DNA from: Candidatus Multiplicimicrobium inquinatum
Lineage (GTDB): Bacteria > Omnitrophota > Omnitrophia > Omnitrophales > Aquincolibacteriaceae
Assembly (NCBI GenBank): GCA_002344825.1
Contig: DDUN01000006.1
Coordinates: forward strand, 9,816-73,815
Length of the DNA: 64,000 bases
Direction of reading: 5' to 3'
The notes beneath the pieces are model-generated. The model saw only the letters and a program-made list of their open reading frames with translations. It made no database searches and was not told the DNA's origin. Below, piece by piece: positions 20,280-27,952 of this stretch (its first letter is position 1; each line of letters starts with the position of its first letter). The position numbers and the translations under genes were made by a program.

Positions 20280-21059
20280 ATGTCTGTGAAAGCATACGAC
20301 GAGGCGGTAATCATCCTCGAAAACAAAAAGATTAACGAAAAGTATCTCAAGCTTTCTTTCCGTTCCAAAAAATTGGTCCAAGGTGTTAAGCCCGGTCATT
20401 TTCTCATGATGCAAATCGGAGATAAGAACGACCCCTTTTTACGCCGCCCTTTCAGTTACTACCGTGCCTCGTCCGACCGCATTGAAGTTTTATACGAAAT
20501 TTTAGGCTATGGCACCTCGCTTTTATCGAAAAAGAAAAAAGGAGAAACAGTGCAGGTGATGGGGCCTTTGGGAAATCCTTTTTCTGTCAAAATAGCCCGT
20601 AAAAAACGTGTGCTTGTTGCGGGCGGTGTGGGAGTTCCTCCGCTTGTGTTTTTCGCCGAAAAAAATCGCAGTGATTATCTTTTAATCGGAACCAAGTCCA
20701 AACAGGAAGTGATGCCGAAAAAGGAACTCGCCAAAGTTAAAGCCAAGGTTCTTTTTTCAACCGATGACGGATCTTACGGAACAAAAGGGCGCGTGACGCT
20801 TTTACTTGAAGATGTGATTGAAAAGGAAGGCGCTGAAAATATTTTTATCCAAACTTGCGGACCCATGCCCATGATGAATGCCGTGATGGCTTTGGCAAAA
20901 AAATACGAAATTCCCGGCGAAGCCTCGCTTGATAAAACCATGGGCTGCGGCGTTGGTGTTTGTCTTGGGTGTATGGTTAAAACGCATGAAGGTTGGGTGC
21001 CGTCCTGTACGGAAGGCCCTGTGTTTAGCTTTGACGATATTGTAGAGGCAGGCGTATGA
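20280..21059 (+). CDS. pyrK: dihydroorotate dehydrogenase electron-transfer subunit
   Basis: Has FAD/NAD-binding motifs (RPFS) and a C-terminal Cys cluster (CGVGVCLGC...C). The ATG at 20280 lies 2 nt after the carB stop. Confidence 0.85.
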   Translation: MSVKAYDEAVIILENKKINEKYLKLSFRSKKLVQGVKPGHFLMMQIGDKNDPFLRRPFSYYRASSDRIEVLYEILGYGTSLLSKKKKGETVQVMGPLGNPFSVKIARKKRVLVAGGVGVPPLVFFAEKNRSDYLLIGTKSKQEVMPKKELAKVKAKVLFSTDDGSYGTKGRVTLLLEDVIEKEGAENIFIQTCGPMPMMNAVMALAKKYEIPGEASLDKTMGCGVGVCLGCMVKTHEGWVPSCTEGPVFSFDDIVEAGV

Positions 21060-22012
21060 AAAAAACGGCTGCAAAAAAAGTTGATCTTACGACAAAGATT
21101 AAAAACCTGACTTTTAAAAACCCCGTGACGGTCGCTTCGGGAACCTTCGGCACCACGACCGAAATGGAATCATTTATCGATTATGATAAGCTTGGTGCGG
21201 TGATCGCGAAAACGGTCACTTTGTATGCTCGGCCAGGCAATCCGATGCCCCGCATCTGCGAAACAGCCTCCGGAATGATTAACGCCATCGGTTTGCAGAA
21301 TAAGGGACTTGATGAGTTTCTCGAAAACAAAATGCCCAAAATACGCAAACAGAAAACTCCGTGGGTGATCAGTATTGCGGCGGAAACGACGGAAGAGTTT
21401 TCCGTGATGGCGAAAAAGTTGGATGCGGTAAAAAAAGATTTTGCGATGCTGGAAGTGAATCTTTCTTGCCCGAATGTGGAAAAAGGCGGCGCCAGCTTTG
21501 TGAAAAAGCAGGAAACGATTATCGATATTATCAAAGCTATTCGTGATCAGACGGATATGGTCATGATGGCAAAGCTCTCGCCTGAACTCGGCGATGTCAT
21601 TGAGATTGCTGGCAATGCCCTGCGGCATGGCGCAGACGGACTCAGTTTGATCAATACACTTCGTGGGATGGTTGTAGATGTTTATAAACGCCGTTCGCGC
21701 ATTGCGCGCGACAGCGGTGGATTAAGCGGTCCCGCGATTAAGCCGGTGGCTTTGCGCTATGTTTATGACTGCAAGAAAGCGTTTAACTGTCCGATCATTG
21801 CGTCGGGTGGAATTCGTGACTGGAAAGACGCCGTTGAGTTTTTGATCGTTGGGGCCGATTTGTTGGCTGTCGGAACTTCTAATTTTGTGACACCAAACGC
21901 GACCATGCAAATTATTACGGGCATTGAGAGTTTTTGCCGCGAGCAAGGGATTCAGAAGTTGGATGATTTAAGAGGGACGTTTCAGTCCGCGCAATCTTTG
22001 GGGTGTAAATAG
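21056..22012 (+). CDS. pyrD: dihydroorotate dehydrogenase (class 1B) catalytic subunit
   Basis: A TIM-barrel DHOD (NPVTVASGTFG..., IIASGGI). It overlaps the pyrK stop. Confidence 0.9.
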   Translation: MKKTAAKKVDLTTKIKNLTFKNPVTVASGTFGTTTEMESFIDYDKLGAVIAKTVTLYARPGNPMPRICETASGMINAIGLQNKGLDEFLENKMPKIRKQKTPWVISIAAETTEEFSVMAKKLDAVKKDFAMLEVNLSCPNVEKGGASFVKKQETIIDIIKAIRDQTDMVMMAKLSPELGDVIEIAGNALRHGADGLSLINTLRGMVVDVYKRRSRIARDSGGLSGPAIKPVALRYVYDCKKAFNCPIIASGGIRDWKDAVEFLIVGADLLAVGTSNFVTPNATMQIITGIESFCREQGIQKLDDLRGTFQSAQSLGCK

Positions 22013-22013
22013 T

Positions 22014-22727
22014 ATGAGGGCGAGTGAAAAAATTATCTTGGCTTTAGACTTTTCTGATTTAAAGGATGTCAAAAAAACTTTAAAGCAGTTGGACGGCCAA
22101 GCTGTTTATTACAAAGTTGGTCTTGAACTGTTTATTAGCCACGGCTGGAAAGTCGTGGAGCTGGTCAAGAAAACCGGTGCGCGTGTTTTTCTGGATTTAA
22201 AACTGCATGATATTCCGAATACCGTGGCGAAGTCGGTCGCAACAGCATGCCGGCATGAAATTGATATTTTGAATGTGCACGCTTTGGGCGGTTTTGAAAT
22301 GATGCAAAGAGCCGGGGAGGCGTTTCAAGAAAATGCGGTGAATAAAAAGGCTGAACTGATTGCCGTCACCATTTTGACCAGTCATGACCAAAAGGTTTTG
22401 GATAAGGAATTACGAATTGGACAACCGATTCCATCTCAGGTTGTGCATTTAGCGAAATTAGCGGAAAAAGCCGGTTTGTCCGGTGTCGTGGCTTCACCGC
22501 TTGAAGTAAAACTGATTCGCAAAGCGGTTGAGAGAAAGTTTCGCATTGTGACACCGGGAGTTCGGCCATTAACCGCGGATTTAAATGATCAAAAACGGGT
22601 TTATACACCTGCACAGGCGATCCGCGAGGGAGCGGATTATCTCGTGATTGGCCGTCCGATTACTCAAGCAAAAGACCCAGCCAAGGCCTTTGAGATGATT
22701 GTTCAAGAAATTCAGGGAGTTCTTTAG
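22014..22727 (+). CDS. pyrF: orotidine-5'-phosphate decarboxylase
   Basis: Carries ILALDF...FLDLKLHDIPNTV...VIGRPI. Confidence 0.9.
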   Translation: MRASEKIILALDFSDLKDVKKTLKQLDGQAVYYKVGLELFISHGWKVVELVKKTGARVFLDLKLHDIPNTVAKSVATACRHEIDILNVHALGGFEMMQRAGEAFQENAVNKKAELIAVTILTSHDQKVLDKELRIGQPIPSQVVHLAKLAEKAGLSGVVASPLEVKLIRKAVERKFRIVTPGVRPLTADLNDQKRVYTPAQAIREGADYLVIGRPITQAKDPAKAFEMIVQEIQGVL

Positions 22728-22838
22728 TTCTAGTCCAAGTTTGCGTTTGATAGTTCCCGACTTCTTTTCTGGGGCTTATTTTTTCTTTGCCCTTTCTTTA
22801 TTTCCTCCTATAATACCGCCTTCGTCGAACCATTCCGT

Positions 22839-22909
22839 TGGGGGATGGTGTAATGGTAGCACAAAAGCCTCTGGAGCTTTTTGTCTAGGTTCGAATCCTA
22901 GTCCCCCAG
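22839..22909 (+). tRNA. tRNA-Gln (anticodon CTG)
   Basis: A manual fold works. The acceptor TGGGGGA pairs with TCCCCCA, the anticodon loop is CTCTGGA, and the T arm is CTAGG-TTCGAAT-CCTAG. The variable loop is short (4 nt). Confidence 0.75.
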
Positions 22910-23224
22910 TACTTGGCTTCTGAAAGAAGCTTTGAGCTGGGAGAGTTTTAAGCGAGCCGGTAACGGCAAGCGTACAAAGCCCTCAATTGAGTAGTAAGGC
23001 GGAGACAGCTTGGAAACGGGTTTAAATCTGTTAAAAAGCTGTATGAGAATCTTGCTTCGCAAGTATCCAGGTGGGTAGGCGCGAAGCAGAGAGTTCATCG
23101 GGTCTGGTATGGTTTCTCTTTCGAACCTTCCAATCGAATCGTTCTCTCGCAAAATGCAAGCCGTTGTACGGAGGCTTTACCGCCGACAAACCGCGGCTTT
23201 AACCAATGAGGTAAGATAAGTTCT

Positions 23225-23602
23225 ATGAACGCGAAGTTATATGTGGGAAATTTGTCCTGGCAAGCAACGGATGAAGACATTAAAAGTGCCTTCTCCAAAT
23301 ATGGCAATCTGGTTGAAGCCAGCGTTGTGCGTGACCGTTTTTCAGGACGTTCGAAGGGGTTCGCATTTGTTCGTTTCGAAAACAGTGAGTCAGCTGAAAA
23401 AGCGCTTGAACTCAATGGCCAAGATTTTATGGGCCGCAAGCTGATGGTTTCTGAAGCTCGCGAGCAGACTGAACGCACCGGTGGCGGTCGTGATTTCGGC
23501 GGAGACCGCGGTGGTGATCGTGGCGGACGCGGCGGCTTCGGCGGCGGTGATCGCGGCGGAGACCGTGGTGGTCGTGGCGGTTACGACGATCGTCGTTACT
23601 AA
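23225..23602 (+). CDS. RRM-type RNA-binding protein with a Gly/Arg-rich (RGG/DRGG) C-terminal tail
   Basis: RNP2 (LYVGNL) and RNP1 (KGFAFVRF) motifs are followed by GGRDFGGDRGGDRGGRGGFGGGDRGGDRGGRGG. Confidence 0.85.
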   Translation: MNAKLYVGNLSWQATDEDIKSAFSKYGNLVEASVVRDRFSGRSKGFAFVRFENSESAEKALELNGQDFMGRKLMVSEAREQTERTGGGRDFGGDRGGDRGGRGGFGGGDRGGDRGGRGGYDDRRY

Positions 23603-23615
23603 GCTGTTTTGTTTT

Positions 23616-23640
23616 GCCTCTGCGCATAGCGCAACCGGCG
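23616..23640 (+). repeat. short hairpin motif, family 1 copy (GCCTCTGCGC-ata-GCGCAACCGGCG) 14 nt after the RRM-protein stop
   Basis: Near-identical to the copies at 9452 and 40543. Confidence 0.7.
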
Positions 23641-23710
23641 AAGCAGCTCAACTTTGCTTTTACATCGCTCAATAGAAAAATTTTTTGTTGATTGACGTAT
23701 AAGAGTGATA

Positions 23711-23745
23711 TTCCGGAGCAAGGCAACTTGCTCCGGAATTTTATT
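23711..23745 (+). terminator. Rho-independent terminator (10-12 bp stem TTCCGGAGCAAG/CTTGCTCCGGAA + TTTTATT)
   Basis: A perfect inverted repeat with a GCAA loop, followed by a T-rich tract. Confidence 0.75.
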
Positions 23746-23785
23746 AGACCTGTTTATCTTTTCGCAATTTTTCAAATTGCATTAT

Positions 23786-23867
23786 GCGCACGTGGCGAAA
23801 TTGGCAGACGCACTACTTTGAGGTGGTAGCGCCGCAAGGCATGCAGGTTCAAGTCCTGCCGTGCGCA
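23786..23867 (+). tRNA. tRNA-Leu (anticodon GAG), class II with a long variable arm
   Basis: The acceptor GCGCACG pairs with CGTGCGC. The anticodon loop is TTGAGGT, the variable arm is CGCCGCAAGGCATG, and the T arm is GCAGG-TTCAAGT-CCTGC. Confidence 0.8.
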
Positions 23868-24029
23868 TTTTTGCTCCGTTCTATATAAAAAGCCTTACCC
23901 TTAAAAGCTCAGACAGTCCTCGGCCTTTGGCCTGTGGAACTCGTTTTAAGGATAAGGCTTTTTTCATAGAACTCCGCTTGGTCTCAGCCTTTTTCCTTTG
24001 GAAAAAGGCGAATGGAATTTTTGCTTGTC

Positions 24030-24056
24030 GCAAAAATGCGCACGGCAGGACTTGAA
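24030..24056 (-). repeat. perfect inverted 27-nt copy of the tRNA-Leu 3' end (T-arm, acceptor and trailer)
   Basis: gcaaaaatgcgcacggcaggacttgaa is the exact reverse complement of 23848..23874. Confidence 0.8.
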
Positions 24057-24085
24057 GGGAGCGACGACAAAATCTTTCGGCTGAA

Positions 24086-24125
24086 CAAAAACAAACCTGA
24101 CTCAATGTCAGGTTTTTGTTTTTTA
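24086..24125. terminator. bidirectional intrinsic terminator (AAACCTGAC-tcaat-GTCAGGTTT flanked by A and T runs)
   Basis: A 9-bp perfect stem with an upstream A-rich tract and a downstream TTTTGTTTTTT. Confidence 0.75.
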
Positions 24126-24135
24126 AAGTCTTTGT

Positions 24136-24235
24136 GAGAGGCGAGTGGCACTTGTGGTCGTAGACCAGACCTGAAGCGAAACCGAGCGGTTAGCGAGAGA
24201 GCGAACGCAAGGAGCCAGGTCCTTAACACTTTCCG
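24136..24235 (+). repeat. intergenic repeat, family 3, copy B
   Basis: Homologous to 9816..9905. Both copies lie 240-270 nt downstream of a tRNA gene. Confidence 0.5.
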
Positions 24236-24304
24236 AAAAAACGCGCACAGCTTCTTTCCGATGAAAGGTTTGTGGGTGACTTCTTAAACTTTTTGCCGTA
24301 AATT

Positions 24305-25720
24305 ATGCGCATGTTAGCCACTCATATTTTCAGAGAATACGACATCCGCGGATTAGCCGATACGGAATTGACCGATGATACCGCTCATAAAATCGGCCGT
24401 GCTTTCGGTTCTTATTTAGCTGAGGCAGGGAAGTCGCAAGTTGGTGTCGGCCATGACCACCGCGACAGTTCACCGCGCATCGCAAAGGCGCTTATCCACG
24501 GCTTAATGGAATCAGGTATGCGGGTTGTCATGCATGGCTGTGTTCCGACCCCTTTGGTTTACTTTGCGGTTGAAACTTACCCTCTGGACGCGGGGATTTG
24601 CGTAACCGGTTCTCATAATCCGCCTGAATTCAACGGTCTTAAAATTCAACTTTCGGGGGCTCCTTTCTATGGCGTACAAATCCAAGCTTTAAAAGACCGA
24701 ATTCTTGCCAAAAACTTTAAAGATGGCATTGGCAGCGTGAAAGAAGATTCCGCCCTGATTGAAAAATATCAGAAATATGTCTGCTCACTTTTTACCTTTA
24801 AGAAAAAGCTGAATGTGATTCTTGATACCGGTCATGGGATGGGCGGCGCGGTTTTGCCCAAATTGATTGCGGCATTAGGCCACAACGTGACGACGCTTTA
24901 TGAAAATTTAGATTCGACTTTTCCCGATCATCACCCCGATCCCTCCGAGCTGAAAAATCTGCGTGATTTGCAGAAAATAGTTTTAGCTCAAAAAGCGGAT
25001 ATTGGCATGGCCTTTGACGGCGATTCTGACCGTATTGGTGTGATTGATGAAAAAGGCGAAGTGATTTTCGGCGATCAGTTGACTTTGATTTACGCGCGCG
25101 AAATCGTTGAGCGGAAACCCGGCGCGGTGATTATCGGCGATGTAAAGTGTTCTAAGGCCGCTTTTGATTTGATGGAGAAGGCCGGCGCGAAACCTTTGAT
25201 GTGGAAAACGGGTCATTCGCTGGTGAAAGCCAAGATGAAAGAAACAGGTGCTGAGTTAGCCGGTGAAATGAGCGGGCATATTTTCTTTAAAGACCGCTGG
25301 TTCGGATTTGATGACGCAATTTACGCGGCTTGCCGCATTTTAGAAATCATGGATAAAACCGGAAAAAAAGTTTCCGAACTTTTGGCGGATTATCCCAAGA
25401 TGTTTTCAACGCCGGAGTTGCGGGTGGATTGCGCGGACAGTATCAAGTTTCGTGTTATTGAAGAAATCCGGCATCGTTTCAGTTTGATGACCATGACTTC
25501 ACCGCCGATTGGCGCTTTTAAAATTGTGGAGATCGACGGTGTGCGCGCTGAATGGGCGGACGGCTGGGGACTGGTACGTGCTTCGAATACTCAGCCGGTG
25601 CTGGTCACACGTTTTGAAGCGGTTTCAAGTTCGCGTGCACAGGCAATTCAATCCTGGATGGAAAAAGAAATTAAAGGTGTGATACAAAACATCGAAAAAG
25701 AAGCGAAGGTTAAAGGATGA
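24305..25720 (+). CDS. manB: phosphomannomutase / phosphoglucomutase
   Basis: Has the alpha-D-phosphohexomutase active-site motif (TGSHNPPEFNGLK) and a metal loop (FDGDSDR). Confidence 0.85.
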   Translation: MRMLATHIFREYDIRGLADTELTDDTAHKIGRAFGSYLAEAGKSQVGVGHDHRDSSPRIAKALIHGLMESGMRVVMHGCVPTPLVYFAVETYPLDAGICVTGSHNPPEFNGLKIQLSGAPFYGVQIQALKDRILAKNFKDGIGSVKEDSALIEKYQKYVCSLFTFKKKLNVILDTGHGMGGAVLPKLIAALGHNVTTLYENLDSTFPDHHPDPSELKNLRDLQKIVLAQKADIGMAFDGDSDRIGVIDEKGEVIFGDQLTLIYAREIVERKPGAVIIGDVKCSKAAFDLMEKAGAKPLMWKTGHSLVKAKMKETGAELAGEMSGHIFFKDRWFGFDDAIYAACRILEIMDKTGKKVSELLADYPKMFSTPELRVDCADSIKFRVIEEIRHRFSLMTMTSPPIGAFKIVEIDGVRAEWADGWGLVRASNTQPVLVTRFEAVSSSRAQAIQSWMEKEIKGVIQNIEKEAKVKG

Positions 25721-26781
25721 ATTGGGCATTAATCATGGCCGGCGGTTCAGGCACACGTTTTTGGCCCGCTAGCCGCAAAGCTTTGCCCAAGCAGTTCCTT
25801 AAACTTTGGAGCAAAGAAACTCTGATCGAAGAAACCTGCAGCCGCATCCGCAAACTGGTTCCCAAAAACCGTCTCGAAGTTTTTACGCAAGCCTCCAAAG
25901 CGGGTTGGGTTGCCAAGCACCTCAAAATTGCCTCGTCGCAGGTTGTTGGCGAACCCATGGGGCGTAATACCGCGCCTTGCGCGATTTGGGCTGCCTTAAG
26001 ATTGCTCAAAAAAGATCCTGACGCAGTGATTGCGATTCTGCCGTCCGATCACTTTATTGGAAAGCCCAAACAGTTTGAAAAAGCCCTCAAGGCCGCTTAT
26101 GCCGTAGCGCAAAAAACAGGTCAGCCTGTGACTTTGGGAATTCAGCCTGATAGTCCGCATACCGGATATGGCTACTTGGAACTGCAATCCAAAAAAACAA
26201 CACAAGATAGTTTTTCTGTTTATCAATTGAAACAATTTCACGAAAAGCCGGATGCCAAAAAGGCAGCGTCTTTTTTAAAATTGGGTAAATTTTTGTGGAA
26301 TGCTGGTATTTTTGTTTGGCGCGCGGATGAGCTTGTGAAATGTGCCGAAAAATATTTGCCCAAGTCCGTTGAAATTTTGCGCAAAATTGTGAATGAAAAG
26401 GTTAGCGGTAAAAAGCTGACCGAATTATTCAGCCGTGTGGAATCGATCTCGATCGATTATGGTTTGATGGAGCATCTCAAAGGCAAAATTTTAAGTATTC
26501 CCGTTTCAGTCGATTGGAACGATGTAGGTAGCTGGTCCACGCTTGCTAAGCTTTTGAAGCAAGACCGTGACGGAAACGTGTTTCAGGGGAATGTTGTGGC
26601 TGTTCGTAGCCGGAGTAACTTTGTCCGCACTCAGGGGAAACCGGTTGCGCTCGTCGGCGTGAAGGATATGGTGATTGTGGATGCGGGCGATGTTTTTCTC
26701 GTTTGTCCCAAATCGGAAACAGAATCGATCCGTGATTTGGTGCAAGAGCTTGATAAGCGGAATATGAAAGGCTGTCTTTAA
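25717..26781 (+). CDS. manC: mannose-1-phosphate guanylyltransferase
   Basis: Carries the nucleotidyltransferase motif (LIMAGGSGTRFWPASR). Confidence 0.85.
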   Translation: MNWALIMAGGSGTRFWPASRKALPKQFLKLWSKETLIEETCSRIRKLVPKNRLEVFTQASKAGWVAKHLKIASSQVVGEPMGRNTAPCAIWAALRLLKKDPDAVIAILPSDHFIGKPKQFEKALKAAYAVAQKTGQPVTLGIQPDSPHTGYGYLELQSKKTTQDSFSVYQLKQFHEKPDAKKAASFLKLGKFLWNAGIFVWRADELVKCAEKYLPKSVEILRKIVNEKVSGKKLTELFSRVESISIDYGLMEHLKGKILSIPVSVDWNDVGSWSTLAKLLKQDRDGNVFQGNVVAVRSRSNFVRTQGKPVALVGVKDMVIVDAGDVFLVCPKSETESIRDLVQELDKRNMKGCL

Positions 26782-26790
26782 TTGGAAAGC

Positions 26791-27567
26791 ATGACACTGC
26801 TTCAAGCTTTGATTTTTGGTGTGGTTGAAGGTTTTTCCGAGTTTTTGCCCATTTCTTCCACCGCGCATCTTATTCTTACCGGGCATCTTCTGGGTTTGCC
26901 GCAAACTGAATTTTTAAAAAGTTTTCAGATTGCCATTCAATCCGGAGCTATTCTTTCCGTGGTGGTTTTATATTGGCGGTCCTTTTTGCGGAACTGGGAA
27001 GAGTTAAAACGGATTTTTTGCGGGTTTATTCCTACGGCGTTCGTCGGATTTGTTCTCTATAAAATTATCAAAAAATATTTTATGGATGATTTGAACATTG
27101 TGCTTGCGGCTCTTTTCCTCGGAGGAATTGTTTTGATCCTCTTTGAAAAGTGGGGAAGTTCCGTGCAAAAAAGCGAAGTGGGTGTTGGGAAAATGACTTA
27201 TCGTCAAGCGCTTTTGATTGGTTTGTGCCAGTCGCTTGCCGTAATTCCTGGCGTTTCGCGCTCCGCGGCGACGATCATTAGCGGGGTTTTGCTGGGCGTA
27301 GGGCGTAAAACCGCCGTCGAATTTTCTTTTCTGTTGGCCGTACCGACATTAGCCGCGGCTACCGGTTTGGATATTCTTAAAAATGCGGATGCTTTTTCGA
27401 AGGATCAATTCGGAGTATTAGCGGTCGGATTTTTCGCGTCATTTGTCGTGGCGTTAATTTGTATCAAAACGTTTCTCGCTGTAATTCAAAAACACAGTTT
27501 CGCTGTTTTTGGAGTATACCGGATTTTAATAGCATTGGTTTTTTGGCTGTTTTTAATGCGGGCTTGA
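26791..27567 (+). CDS. uppP: undecaprenyl-diphosphatase
   Basis: Shows the BacA/UppP motifs (GFSEFLPISSTAHL, PGVSRSAATI). Confidence 0.85.
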   Translation: MTLLQALIFGVVEGFSEFLPISSTAHLILTGHLLGLPQTEFLKSFQIAIQSGAILSVVVLYWRSFLRNWEELKRIFCGFIPTAFVGFVLYKIIKKYFMDDLNIVLAALFLGGIVLILFEKWGSSVQKSEVGVGKMTYRQALLIGLCQSLAVIPGVSRSAATIISGVLLGVGRKTAVEFSFLLAVPTLAAATGLDILKNADAFSKDQFGVLAVGFFASFVVALICIKTFLAVIQKHSFAVFGVYRILIALVFWLFLMRA

Positions 27568-27615
27568 TTTGCTTTAAGGGGAAATTTCGGGCAATCTTTA
27601 GAGCAAGAGGGTGAA

Positions 27616-27846
27616 ATGAGCGAAATTTCCGAACGCATTGAAGGTCAAGATTACTGGAAAAAATGCAACAGCTGTAAAAAGGAGATTGCTTTCAACTCCC
27701 TTTACTATCTTTGCTCTGTAAGTACCTGCCGAGCCAAACGAACCGGACTCACTTTCTGCTCCAACGCCTGTTACGACGTTCATTTGGGATATATCCCGCA
27801 TCGTTCATCTTATTGCGAAGAAGAGCGGGCGCCCTCGAAGGTCTGA
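27616..27846 (+). CDS. small Cys-rich hypothetical protein (putative zinc ribbon)
   Basis: 76 aa with a good RBS (GAGGGTGA). It contains CxxC plus four further Cys (CNSC...C...C...C...C). I recognise no family. Confidence 0.45.
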   Translation: MSEISERIEGQDYWKKCNSCKKEIAFNSLYYLCSVSTCRAKRTGLTFCSNACYDVHLGYIPHRSSYCEEERAPSKV

Positions 27847-27952
27847 CCTTGTTCCCATTTCGATAATCAGTTACCTTTCTTTAGGAAGTTCATCAATCTG
27901 CCGATAATCAGTTAGGTCTCTTTGTTATTTTTATAAGAAGTGAGGAGTTATT

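Noticed and set aside
23861-24105. Small ORFs 23861..24055 (+) and 23881..24105 (-) between tRNA-Leu and the terminator
   Set aside because: They lie inside the tRNA-derived palindrome. Their length is an artefact of the inverted repeat, and neither has an RBS.
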